Shown: positions 1 to 11,949 of the stretch, piece after piece | Layout of the letters: each line of letters begins with the position of its first letter | Position numbering within the stretch: the stretch's first letter is position 1 | Assembly (NCBI RefSeq): GCF_964188315.1 | Contig: NC_135660.1 | Location: forward strand, 28,148,001-28,212,000 | DNA from: Podarcis muralis | Taxonomy: Eukaryota | Direction: 5' to 3' | Length of the DNA stretch: 64,000 nucleotides | Position numbers and translations under genes: made by a program | Notes under the pieces: model-generated | Seen by the model: the letters and a program-made list of their open reading frames with translations, nothing else | What the model was told of the DNA's origin: nothing | Databases searched by the model: none

Positions 1-260
1 GCTTCAAGAAGGAGTGGTCTCAGGTGTCTTGCCAAATGCAAGATGGTTCTTTTAAAAGAGATTCAGAAGCAATACAAAACACAAGCGAGTGAGAAGATTT
101 TATTTCTAAACTGCAAGCAATATATACATACCAAGCATGCCCTTCCCTCTGCCACTTGGAAGCCCTCAAGAACCGATGAAGTGACTCCTCCAGGTAGTCT
201 CAGTTTGCATAGGCCAGTCTGTGCATAAGCTTCTGAAAGACTCTGCCCAAACCAACCAAT
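1..260 (-). mobile_element. L2-type LINE 3' fragment (degenerate)
   Basis: Minus-strand text resembles the L2 ORF2 3' end and 3'UTR seen elsewhere in the window. Edges approximate. Confidence 0.5.
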
Positions 261-559
261 GTTATAAATAGCCACCTCCTCCCAATGCCTCACTTTAATA
301 ATTTCCAACATCAAAGAAGGTTTCCAGCACTATCCTCCCAGACTGATTAAGGCAGCTGTGGGGGGGGGAGGGGCTTCACCTCCTCCCAACTGATTAGGAC
401 ACCAAAGATTGTTCTCACACCTTCAAAAACTAAAGGCTGGGAGGGAGGGGGAAGAAACAGAGGCAGGAAGGGTAACCATGTTAGAATCATGTGACTTCCC
501 GGTATAGGGCGATATATAAATTCAACAAATAAATCATCATCATCACTAACTCCTCGATA

Positions 560-1030
560 TACATTTTGTCTTCTGGATGGATTTCCCATACACCAGGCTG
601 CCTGAAGGAGGTGGCTGCAAGACCACTGCTGAAGAAGCCTTCCCTAGACCTCGAAGTTCTTAATAATTTTAGATAAGAACCTTGCCCAGAAAGGGGACAT
701 TTGCTGCTTGAGTGGTTTGGTACCAACCAGATCCAGGTTGTTTTGGAGGAGACAGATTTTCTAGATCCATTTCAATTGAGATTCAGGCCTGGTTTCAGTG
801 TGGAAAATGCCTTGCTCATAATGTATGATCCTGTGCCAAGGGAGAGAAATGGGACAGGTGCGACTGTTGATTCTTATTAGATCTCTCAGTGGCTTTTGAT
901 ATCATCAATCATGGTACTGTTCTGAGTCAGGTTGGGGGGCACTGCATTGGAGTGGTGCTGTTCCTATTTGGATGGCTAGCTCCAGGTGGGACCTGACTGC
1001 TCCATGGATTCTCCAGTATGAATTCCTGCG
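560..1030 (+). mobile_element. L2-type LINE RT-domain fragment (degenerate)
   Basis: ttcaggcctggtttcagtgtggaaaatgccttg and ttattagatctctcagtggcttttgatatcatcaatcatgg encode degenerate FRPG.S.E.AL and LLDLS.AFD.I.H motifs. Confidence 0.65.
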
Positions 1031-1203
1031 GGGTCATTTCTAAATTGAATTACACTTCCTCTGAATGACTGGGTTTGTTGTTTGGGGGTTCTGGATTCAC
1101 TGCTGTCACCTGAGGCACAGGTGGTCTTGTTGCACAGAGTGCCTTCCATCATCTTAAGCTCATGTCACAACCACAGCTGTAGCTGGGCAGGGTTGCAGTA
1201 GTC

Positions 1204-1337
1204 CAGGCATGGGCAAACTCCGGCCCTCCAGATGTTTTGAGACTACAATTCTCATCATCCCTGACCACTGGTCCTGTTAGCTAGGGATGATGGGAACTGT
1301 AGTTCCAAAACATCTGGAGGGCCGGAGACTATGCCTG
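1204..1337. mobile_element. Palindromic hAT-type MITE (family A)
   Basis: TIR CAGGCAT...ATGCCTG, self-complementary body, TSD CAGTAGTC/CAATAGTC (7/8). Confidence 0.85.
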
Positions 1338-2461
1338 CAATAGTCTCAAGTCTAGCAGTCAGGATATAGTCCAGAGTCAAACCTGAAGTGCAGTCCCATA
1401 GAGGTCCAGGAGCATTCAAGCCAAGGTCCATCAACATGGGCAGTTGAGTAGACACAGCACTTCAGCTCTGCTGCCCTTTGGAACTTTGCATGCTGATTGC
1501 AGCATCTGGGCTTGATGAGACATATCACCCTCACCCGTTCCAAGCCTACTCCAGCTGAGGAATCACACACCTCCTCCCAGAGCTAGCGAGCCCTACCTGA
1601 CTAGCTAGGGAGCTGGGCTGTGGGCCCTTGCCTGCCTCAGCCTTCTTGAGTCCCCCTTCCACTGCTCCCTACCTCTCAGTGCCCACCATGTTCATGGAGA
1701 CAGCGCCCCCCCGGCTCTGGTTATGGGTCTTGCTGCTGTGGTTCCTGCGCACTGACCCTCATTCCCTCACCATCCTCTGTAACCCTGTGAGTACTTCCTT
1801 CCCCATCCCCTGCATGCCCCAGTGTGTCCTGGCTACACTCCTCACAGGGATCTTCTTTCACCTCTCCCTTCTTGCTGTCATCTTGCCAGTTCATGGCATA
1901 CAGCTTCCCTAGTGAGGGGAAAGGGTTCAGTGGAAGAGAGTCAGCCAGGATCCCAGAAAATATTTTTGGGGGAAAGGTATGAATGTATGTGCATGTGTGA
2001 ACAAATCTGAAAGCACTGCTTATCTGTGACTGCTCAGAAAAATAATGTGCCGTTCCTGTGTTCCCTAATGGAACTATTGGGTAAATCTGTCTGTCATTAA
2101 AGGTGCATATGTAATCCTGAACAGTATGTCCTAGTACATGCATATTAGCAGAGAATTCAGAGCAGCTTTGCTAAAGGAAAACAGTGATAGGTGTGGCAAA
2201 ACCACAGGCTGGGATAGGCTGATTTGGCACACAATCTGAAGAAAAATAATTTATATTCAGCATCCAGAATCCTTAGGCTGCCCTGAGGTGGAGGTTGGTT
2301 AAAGCAGGTACTAAAAATCTGGAACTCTCAGCAGTCTTCTATTAAAATCTTTACTGAAAGCTGAGAATTGGTAACATGACATAAAGGGTTAAAAATACTT
2401 TGATGAGCATTAATCATAACAGTAAAGAACAGTAGCATAGTAACTTTATTGTAATTTAATG

Positions 2462-2597
2462 CAGGCACCGCCAAACTTGGCACTCCAGCTGTTTTAGGAC
2501 TACAATTCCCATCATCCCTGACCACTGGTCCTGTTAGCTAGGAATGATGGGAGTTGTAGTCCCAAAACAGCTGGAGGGCCAAGTTTGGGGATGCCTG
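2462..2597. mobile_element. Palindromic hAT-type MITE (family A)
   Basis: Same core as 1204-1337. Perfect 8-bp TSD ATTTAATG (2454-2461 and 2598-2605). Confidence 0.9.
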
Positions 2598-3525
2598 ATT
2601 TAATGTCTCTCTTCCTGTACAATTAAACATTCTGAAGAACCTGAATAGCAACAGATGGCCACATAGATTATTAATTTTAAAATGTACTCTGTACTATGAG
2701 GCATATCTGTTAACACATATGAAAGATTGGCAAGTCTCATTTTCTATGAATACCCCAGCATGGGCAATTTTAAAAATTGTTTACCTAGTAGCTTTCTGGA
2801 TGGCTGAATAAAAAAAGGACCAAATGCCCTCTTCAATCTAGAGAAACTATAGAAGTATACTTTCTATAAACACCAACTTCACTAAATTAAATAGCTGACA
2901 TTTGGAAGGCCTATATTGATCTCTACGTGTAAACTAAGATGGATGTATTGATGATGTATAAATGTATTGCTAATGTGAACTGACAATGTTTTTTCCTTCT
3001 TCTTGTATTGCCCACCCCCATTTTTGTTTTCCCCCCTTGATTTTTTATTGCAATTGACTTTAATTAAAATATTTGGGTACACAAAGGTATTAGAATAAGT
3101 CATATGAGGCTAGCTCATAAACTTCTGTAGGAAGGGAAGGGAAACACTTATGAAATTTTGATCTGGTTTTTAAGACTTAGGGAGACAGGGCTGGGCTTAT
3201 CCAGTATTTAAGATGAACAGTGTATGAGTTTTGGCACAACACAAGTTCTGTGAATGTTATCTATGAGGTTTCCTGCTGGACCAGCCACATCCAAAATATG
3301 AGCTATCCCTTTATTATTTGTAAACCTGTTATGTATAAGATATAGTAGGATTAATCCTCCAAAGTTAGCACCTCTGTCATGTGGATGTCAGTGCTCAGTT
3401 AACCATGCACAAGCTTTTATTCTACTGAAATAAACAAAACTTTGAAATACACAACTTTGGAGGGCTTATGCCCATTCTTTTTAAGGAGCAGGGTGAATGC
3501 GCTACATCATTGTGAACATCCATAG

Positions 3526-3647
3526 CAGGATGGGGAAACTCCAGATGTTAGTAGACTCCAAATCCCATGATCCCTTACCACTGGGAAAGCTGGCTGGGGC
3601 TGATGAGAGTTATAGTCCAACAACATCTGGAGTGTAGAAAACCCTAG
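3526..3647. mobile_element. Older degenerate relative of MITE family A
   Basis: ctccagatgtt...tcccatgatccct...gctgatgagagttatagtccaacaacatctggag. Confidence 0.5.
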
Positions 3648-3927
3648 TCTATAAGACATAGGCCTTCATATATGCTTACATTTATCTATCCTTACCACAA
3701 TAGAATTAATGCTTACTAGGACAAGATTACAAGGCATGTGATGAAGCCACCTTGTTGAAGCTAAGCAGGTCAATGCTGGGATAGGAAACCACCTAGGAAT
3801 CCCATGTAACACATTTTAACTTCTGGGATGCATCGAAGGCAGGATATAAATGTACTAAATAGCAAGTTCTACTGAAGCAAGAAAATTGTTTAAAAAACCT
3901 CCAAGAAGTGAATGCATCACTCCTGAG

Positions 3928-4526
3928 CAGTGATTTACATATAAGCTAAACAAGCTATAGCTTAGGGCCCCACTCTCTCGGGGACCCCCCAAAAAATTAA
4001 AGAAAAGAAACTGTATGTACATTTCCAAAATATAAGATAAAAAAACAAATAAAATAAAACTTATATACAGCAACCGTGTTTTGTGTTGTATAGGCTCCTA
4101 TTATCAAAACAACAAAAAAAATCCTTCCAGTAGCACCTTAAAGACCAACTAAGTTAGTTCTTGGTACTAACTTAGTTGGTCTTTAAGGTGCTACTGGAAG
4201 GAATTTTTTTTGTTTTGACTATGGCAGACCAACACGGCTACCTATCTGTAACAGGCTCCTATTATGTAAGTATTGGGCCCCGCCTGCTAGCCTGCTCCCT
4301 AAAATGTAACTTGTTTGCTCATTTCTATATCAATTACTTTGATAAAATACATATTTTGTTCTTTGCAAATGGCTTTAGATACCTATCAGGTCCATAAATT
4401 ACCATATAGCATATATTCAACACAAAAAACAGCGACAATTTGTTGTTGACAAAAGGCTGGTGGACATATAAAGGGCCCCGTTACCTTCAGTAGCTTAGGG
4501 CCTCATCAAACCTAAATCCGGCCTTG
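3928..4526. mobile_element. Non-autonomous hAT-type element (~600 bp) carrying a nested insertion
   Basis: 8-bp TSD CTCCTGAG at 3920-3927 and 4527-4534. Subterminal repeat agcttagggcc at both ends. Confidence 0.75.
4105..4252. mobile_element. Inverted (hairpin) insertion, probably Penelope-like terminal fragments
   Basis: 37-bp perfect stem (4122-4158 / 4166-4202). Flanked by 13-bp direct repeat AGGCTCCTATTAT (4092-4104, 4253-4265). Family assignment is from recall only. Confidence 0.6.
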
Positions 4527-5586
4527 CTCCTGAGCAAGTAGTGGGCTGCCCCCAATGAAATCTAATGCAGCCTGTGGAAAAGAAGGCCAAGCACAATACA
4601 TACTGTTGAAATGATTAATTTAATGGAGGAGGTAGATATGAATGCAAACTCTGCAAAAACTAGGTGTTCAGAGGATAGAACTTGTGGATTTCAGTGTTGT
4701 TAATATGCTTAAAATCAGCTGTAACTCTCATCCTTGCCGTAGAGAAAAAAATCCCCGGAGGGTGGGGGGAAGGAGACACAGATGCCTACATTCCTGTCAT
4801 ATCATCAATCCTCTCTGAAATGGTTTCATGTCCACACCTCCCACATTAACAGCAGTGCCTTTTCCTGCAATTTTATCTTACCCATTTCTGGTTTAATCTA
4901 ATCTTTCCAGCTGTCTGCATTCTTATAAAATACTTACTCTTCGTACACTTCTCGATATAATACTAAACTACACTGTTATTCTCAAAGTTGTATTTCCATT
5001 TAGAGTCTTTCTTAAGAATGTTTTGGGAAGCATCCATGAATCACTCATCTGACTGCACTTTTCAAGGACATTTGAGTCTGGATAGATTAAAAGAAATAGC
5101 TTCAATGGTATAGTTTTCTGTTGGAAGAAGTGGGCAGTTGAGAAACACTTTGGTTAACTAGGTCTGAATGCTTGAGCTGTCATAAAAACGATTATTTTGC
5201 AAATGGAGAAAAAAGTTCTGAACAAAATTAATGTTGTAGTTAACCAGGTTTCTGAGCACTTCAGAATTTTGCTACAAAGTATAAGCTCATCTCTTCTCCA
5301 AATGAAAAATTTCCCTCAGAAGTAGCCCTGTAGATCTCTCAAAGATCATTTACCTATTATGCCCCTCCCACCATTTTATCTCTAGCTTCTCCATGTACAA
5401 CCACAGTGAAATCTATGGTAGTTTGAAGGGAAGACAAAGGAACAATAAAAGGAAGCAGCAGGTGAACAAATTCACTTATTTGCAACCAAACTGTTAAAAC
5501 TAGATGTTTTTATCAGTGGAACTTATGAAGTGCTTTTTTCTGTAAGAGGACTTAATGAAATCTTATACGCAAGTATTTATGTTAAA

Positions 5587-5720
5587 ATTGAGGCTTTTTT
5601 CACGCAGAGGTCACTGGAGCTCAGTTCTGCCACCTCTCAGGTAGGCACCACTGACATTCTAAGGGAACAAATGAGAAGTTCATGGTGAGCTCTGACACTT
5701 ATTTTTCTAGAAAAATAGAC
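5587..5720. mobile_element. Degenerate hAT-type MITE
   Basis: Ends gaggctttttt...ttttctagaaaaatagactg resemble those of the 22327-22474 element. Confidence 0.45.
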
Positions 5721-8700
5721 TGGTTAAAATATATAGGAAAATACAACTTGGATCTTTATGGAAAGAAATAAGGTGTTCCATAGAAATCAATGCATTTGTC
5801 TTATATAATTATTTCATGCATTACAGTAATTAACCAGCCTGGTCAAATCAAATTGATGACAGATGTAATATTACTTACACATTCAGAATATTCACTAGTT
5901 ACATTTCTATTATCAACCCTATCTTATGAGTCCACTGTTTAAGAAGCTTAAATGCCAGATTTCTTTGTCTCTTTCTTGTCATAATGATCCTACTCTTTTA
6001 ACTTTACCATCTAGAACAACTTCCTTGCATTAACAGACTTCCATCTTTTACCCACCTAGTCTCTTTGATTCATGACTCACTACTGATTATTAAACTTTTT
6101 TTTAAAAAAACCAAATCTTAGAAGTTCAACTGTTACCTTGCTTTTATTAGTGTTTCTGGATTGCTGGTCATTATGTCCTTCTGTGTACCCTCGTATGATC
6201 TGCTGTTAGTCTCCCTTCACCACCCCATCTCCAATACATTTTAAAAAGAAATGCCAACATGCAACCAGGGTTTGGCAATTATTTGACTATAGAGATAAAA
6301 TCCAGAGAATATCCCCCTCGCATGAAGATTAATTCTCAAATGAAAATCTCACCTTCCTTTGTTGTCTTGCTTGCATTGCTTTATAGATTGTAAATCTCCT
6401 GGGACAAGGATCTGTTCTGTCATACTTTGCAAAGTGCAATACACATAGATAGCGCTATATTTATCAACATCATCAACATGATTATCACCATTCTTTATTT
6501 CATGCTGCTGTTATAGGGGGAGAGCCAACTCCTAAAAGATTCTTTCCCTCACAACTAACCAAACAACATTTATTTAGGTTGTATATTTATGACTAGAATA
6601 TTGGTCTTACTAATTTCCAATTCTTTTATAATCTAAACAAAGAAGTTATACTGTATTCTACATTTAGAATCTTTTTATTACATGACAATAACTTGCAGCT
6701 GGAATGTTAACTGGGTACTCTTCCATTTCTGTGCACCCTCAGGAAACTTCTTTCCTAAACAGAAAGGTGGCAAATTGTTTGCAGGCACCAGATTTGGTGT
6801 AATTAAAAGAGAATCTCAATCCCTGTATATTACATATACGCATTAGTTTGGGGATATACTGTGTCTCACATACACAGAGTGGAAATGTATTTCTTCTCCT
6901 CTGAAACTGTTGGGAGTTTACAGTAAGAAAAACCAAAATGTTGTTCTTTGCTTCCCCTTCCATACTTCCAGAAACTTTTCATTTTTGAGAAAGTTGTTCC
7001 AGGAAATCACATGGCTTCTTAACACTGAAAGTTTCACTCACTTAATGCTTCCACAGAAGCAGTTGCTTTGATGCAGCCGTAACAGTCACTGTGCCAGAGA
7101 GATCAACGTGGCAGAAAAGCAACTTAAGGGATAAAGGAAAAAAGCAAAATAAAGCTCAATTTCCCCTTCTGAGCTGCCAGAACTGGTCACCAACTAGAGA
7201 CAGAACCTTCATGATTCTGGATCCCATGGAATCAAAGCAGTTAGGAGATGTGTCAGTTATACTACAGAAAAAACAACAGAACTAGTAGGTAAACCTCTAT
7301 ATTAAAAGCATACTGACAGTATTCTCAATTCTTTGGATTCTAGAGTGATGTCGCAGCAGTATCAGGTCAAAGAAGGGCAATGATATGGGATACTGTCTCC
7401 CCCTGAACAGACAGCCACTTTGATTTACATATACACCCACTAAAAATAATTTTGCAGTACCAGGTATAGTATTTCTGCATACGGCTATCTCACAAATGCT
7501 GAGAGCTTAAAAACAAAATACTGTAACTTGACATAACACTCTCTCTGGAGGAGAGATATTACTTTTACTAGAGATTAAACATTACTTCTCAAACAGTGGG
7601 TCAAACCCACCTGGGAATGAGCAAAAGATGCTTGGAGTGTGCATGTAAAATTCCAAGAAGAGAAAGGATCTGAGTTTCAAAGGTAATATTGTTAGCTATA
7701 ATAGCATCGTGACAACATTTTACTGAATTACTGAGTAAGTAACTCTATTAGGATTTGATGTTGGAAAAAGTATTCGCAAATGTTGCAGAATGCAGAGCAC
7801 CATTGGGTATTTGATGCAGAAATGCAATCTGGGAATTTGCCAAGTATACAGCCCTGCAACATATTGGAGTCCAATTGCCTCATATTTTTCAGGTGAAAGA
7901 ATGGAGGAATGTTTGAAAAAACCCACACACAGTCAAATTCATGGTCAGAGGCAAAAGTAAGCAATAAATGTGAATTTTGTCACTGTATCTTATACTGTAG
8001 GTTTTTTCACAATTGCATCCCTCTCCATCCAAGCAGAAATGAAAGACTCAAAGATGGTGCAAAGTGGTCCAACGAGGAGCTGAGAAGGGTGTGTGGCCTG
8101 AGGAGAGCACTGAGGTCCAGAAAGAGTCCTGGAGGGCTGCATTTGGCCCTTGGGCCTGAGACTCCCCATCCCTGTCATGGATGGAGCAGGATGTGTGACA
8201 TAGAAATAAGAACTTTCGTCTATTTAGAAATATAACTCCTTTTGGAAAGCCCACCTCCATGGGAGATGCCTGGGACTATAGAATCTCCCTGTAGATGAGA
8301 AAGCTCAAAATGGGGACACACATACAGAAAGGTGTGCATTTAACCAGGTACAATGTGCCTTAAATGAAGGCAGCATCTAGGATTAGGGGACAGGACTACC
8401 AAATCGCAGATTTAGAGAATGAACCCAGGAATGTTCTAGTAGGGAGGTTTGGCATGGCAATTTAATTATCAGCGAAATGTTTTGCTTAAATTCTAGTGGA
8501 CCCCATTTCCTTTCCTGAATGAGAAGCAAGTCGAGCGCGCGGAGAATTTCCCCTACACTTTTCTAGGATGCACCTGTTCAGTCCTAGGAAGAAGTAACGA
8601 ATAGCCCTAAATTCAAGTGAGGCAACTTCCATTACTTTTTTCGCTATCAAGTCAGGCCGTCGCCGCTCACCCCGTAACGACAGAGAGGGAGGAGGAGGAG

Positions 8701-8746
8701 GAGAAATCTGTGGAGGACCCCCTGAGAGGGGAGGTAATTCACTCAC

Positions 8747-8842
8747 CTCCGTCTTGGTGACAAGGAGCTGGTAGAAGTCTTTGCTGGGCGCCGGAGCCTG
8801 CCCTCGCGCCTCGAACAAAGTGTCTGTGAGGAGCGACGCCAT
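8747..8842 (-). CDS. FBXO36: F-box only protein 36, coding exon 1 (96 nt, MASLLTDTLFEARGQAPAPSKDFYQLLVTKTE)
   Basis: ATG at 8842 (AAAATGGCG), 32 codons, then GTGAGT donor at 8746. Peptide matches recalled human FBXO36 N-terminus (MASWLPETLFETVGQGPPPSKDYYQLLVTRSQ). Head-to-head with TRIP12 as in human. Confidence 0.93.
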
Positions 8843-8875
8843 TTTAGGACGCCAGCGGCCAATCGCTATGGCAAC
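8837..8875. promoter_or_regulatory. YY1 motif (CGCCATTTT 8837-8845), CCAAT box (8859-8863), RFX X-box (minus strand GTTGCCATAGCGAT, 8862-8875)
   Basis: Direct motif matches in cgccattttaggacgccagcggccaatcgctatggcaac. Binding is inferred. Confidence 0.65.
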
Positions 8876-9099
8876 CAGGAAGGGGCGGCCGCACGGAGAG
8901 GTCACGGGAAGCCCAGCCTCCCCTCTTAAAGGAGACGGGCAAGCTCCTCCGTGCTGGAAGTCGGCGGGTCTTACACCACCCGCGAACGTACGGGGAAAGA
9001 AAGCGGGGGGGAAGTCTCTAAATCGGGGCGAAACCGCCAACAGGGAGGCCGCCGCCGCCAGCGGCTTCGCTGACCCTGTGGGGGATAAACGCTTGCGCG

Positions 9100-9513
9100 C
9101 ACCCCGGGGGTGACGACCCCAGCGGAGGGATACCTCTTTTTCAGCCAAGGAACGTCTGAGACGAGCGGAGGGGGACGGCAAGGATAGAACCGCCGCCGAT
9201 CCTTGACGTGTGGGAGGAGAGGGGGGGGCTGCCGGCTCCGCGGCAGGGAGCGCCAAGGCGGGCAGGAGGAGAACACCCGCTGCTGGCGAGTGGGGGGGGG
9301 GGGGAGAACGGGGGCCCCCGGGCCCCTTTGGGGGTAAAGTAGTCCCCGGCCTCCCCCTACGCCGCTGGAGGGGGTACGGTGCGGAGGCAGACGGCGCACT
9401 GATCGGTGCTGCGGCTTCAGCTGATAATTGAAGGGAAGAGGCGCCGGGCAGGACAGAAAAGGAGCCGGAGAGCCACAGAGCGCTTTTGCAGAGGCCGCGT
9501 CGGGATAAACTAG
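9100..9513 (+). other. TRIP12: TRIP12 probable non-coding exon 1 (5' boundary approximate)
   Basis: GC-rich with no ATG in 9100-9513. Ends in donor GGGATAAACTAG|GTACTG at 9513/9514. TSS not determinable from sequence. Confidence 0.6.
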
Positions 9514-11949
9514 GTACTGTGGCTCGAGGCGCACCAGGCCTGTTTTTCAACGCCGGGGTTTCTGTGGGAGGGAAAGCGACTCTTCGGCTCCCCCCCCTCC
9601 TCCGCCCGTTCTTCGCCGGGGGGCCGGAGTCGGGGAATGTGGGGTGGGAGGGAGGCGGCGTTGGGTTAGAACATGACAGGGGGGAGGTTGGTGGTGAGGT
9701 AGTCCCGGACCCGACGGGGGCGGGTGGGAGAGAAAGGGGAAGGTTGGTGGTATGTGTGGTGGTGGCTTGAGGCCTTGAATAGGTTTTCAGGAAGTCCTCG
9801 CCATAAAGAGGTCTCCTAATATGTACCTAATATACAAGGTGTTGGGGGGGGGGGCGGAGGAGGAGGAGGAAATACTAAACGTAAAAGGTTGGCTTCTTTC
9901 TCCACGACCCCCTCGCTCCGTTCCTAAGAAGAGGAATAGTGAAGAGGAGAAGCAGCAGCCAGGGTGGCAGAAATGGGAGCTGACAAAATGGCCAAACGGC
10001 TGCCTGAAGCTTTATCGTCATTCAGCCCTTCCCTTCTTTTCTTCGCCTTCCACCCTCCCGTGTAAGCGGCTCTCTGTTCATGGGATGAATCTGGACCCCA
10101 CCTTTTATGCCTGGGTTCACAGGAGCGCAGGATGCCCCATATCGCAGCCCTGCTCCTCTTTGCGGGCCTACCTTTAAACCTCCCCCCCCCCCCCCCCGCC
10201 ACGGTTAAGATTGGCGTTCTGGCTTGTGTGTGATTAAATACAAAAGGACAATGTCAGTGTTGACACTGCGCCCGGGTTTGGATTCGGCCCTGCTTCACAA
10301 ACTCCCCCCAACCTCTTTGCTAGCCCCTGTCCTCCCCAGGGGCCCCTTTTTATTTTGTTGAAGTGAGCTACTGCGTCCCACTGAATTAGGCGTAGGGGAG
10401 GGGTGGAAAGCAGCCCCCTTTTAGCCCAACGGCGGCGTCGGCGTCGACAATAAAAAAAAGAGAGAAATGCTAAATGATCTGCTGACTCCATATTGGCCTG
10501 GCTTTGGGGGCTGGGGAAGGGGGAAATCGTACTCTGCTAAGCGGAAAAGGGTGTTTGTTTATCCAGTCCCTTTCGGCACTTGGTCCCATTACCGGAGCAG
10601 ATTCTTTCACCCCTATAATTTTAGAGTTGGTTTGTGTTCCTGACGCCTTCGAGAAGAAACTAGCGTGAGGCTTGTTTGCATAACGCGTCGTATTTGGCTA
10701 TTTACATTCTTTTTTTCTCCTCCACGCCTCGCTTTTGTATCTGCCGTCTACTACCGGGCTAGCATTCAAACTGATACCGGGGCTTTTGCCAGCCGTACAG
10801 GCCCAGCTGCCTGCTGTACAACTTTTATTGTTCCTCCTAATGGCCAGTCCTGTCGGGGTGGGGTGTTCTTCTTCGCAGTAGGGTTTTTAAAGGCATCAGG
10901 AATTCGAAAAAGTTTAGATTAGGAACAAGGAAACATTAGGGCGGGGTGAGTGGAAAGTTTTATCCGAGGCTTTAGGGAAAAACAACGATGTATGGAACAA
11001 AGGTCCTGCCTGTATCAGAGGCCTACATACTAGGCCTGACTATGTCGCATTTACACAGAGGAAAGAAATGAGATCTTGGCATTGGTCTATGGATTCAGTG
11101 CCTGCCATGCATTTGAGAAACGTTTCTAGAATTCGTGTAGCTGGATTTCAGGATTGTTTTCATACTGCAACCAAGATTTAATAGTTCTGCTGTGGATTTT
11201 TTTTTTAATGAAAGTAGTTCTCATAACCCTTTTCATCAGCAGGAGAATTGATTTGATACAGATTTAAGGCAAGATCCCATTTTTAAAAAAACAAAGTGAT
11301 TTTCCTAACTGTGACTTAATGGAAATACCCTTGGTACTGTTAGGCCTGTCCAATTTCCCCCCAAAAAAATATTAAGGGGGGATTCAAGGAAAATGGGGCA
11401 AGATTCTTTGCAGTGAAAAGGAGAAACCTTTCATAGCAACCCAAAATGAAGTTTTCTTCAGAATGTATACATAAATGTGAACAGAAATGTTGCCCTTTTG
11501 GGGGTGGGTGGGATAGTTTTTATTGCTTTTATTGCATTCAACTTATTCTGAAGAAAGGCAACCAATAACTTTGAGACTGTTTAAAAATACTGATATAAAA
11601 TAAAGCTCTCTTAAATTTAAAGATTTGTCCACAGTTATACATTCAGTCCACCAGAACCTTCAACTAACTTTACCTTTTAAAAAGGTAAACATTATTACCT
11701 GTATTATTTAAGTGCAGCTTTTAAATTACTGCTTGCCTTTCTCTATAATTTAAGAAACCTGATGCATTGGAAGTGGTCTATAAGATAAAAGGTGATGCAT
11801 GTATGGAAACTAATCTCCAGCACCATCACTTATGTATCAGCAGGTGTTGTGTTGCTGCTGTTTCTGTGTTTTGATAATTTTTTTACCTTTCTTTCAGGTA
11901 CTTCTGACTTTCCTCTATCTTTGTGTTGCACACATGCGTACAGTTAAAT

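Larger units (their letters stand above)
8530..10900. promoter_or_regulatory. CpG island / bidirectional FBXO36-TRIP12 promoter
   Basis: Sharp rise in GC content and CpG density against CpG-depleted flanks. Divergent first exons lie about 250 bp apart. Edges approximate. Confidence 0.9.

Noticed and set aside
6137-6235. Exon-like minus-strand segment with a good donor (AAG|GTAACA), as possible FBXO36 exon 2
   Set aside because: No frame resembles the expected VIFRWWKISLR-type peptide and the acceptor is unconvincing. Exon 2 probably lies left of the window.
8486-9550. 354-aa minus-strand ORF across the CpG island
   Set aside because: It starts at TTG and is low-complexity and Pro/Ala/Gly-rich, as expected for stop-poor GC-rich DNA. 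Only 8747-8842 matches FBXO36.
8781-10202. Other overlapping 70-190 aa ORFs in the island, as a possible hidden operon-like system
   Set aside because: No recognisable domains. Explained by GC content.
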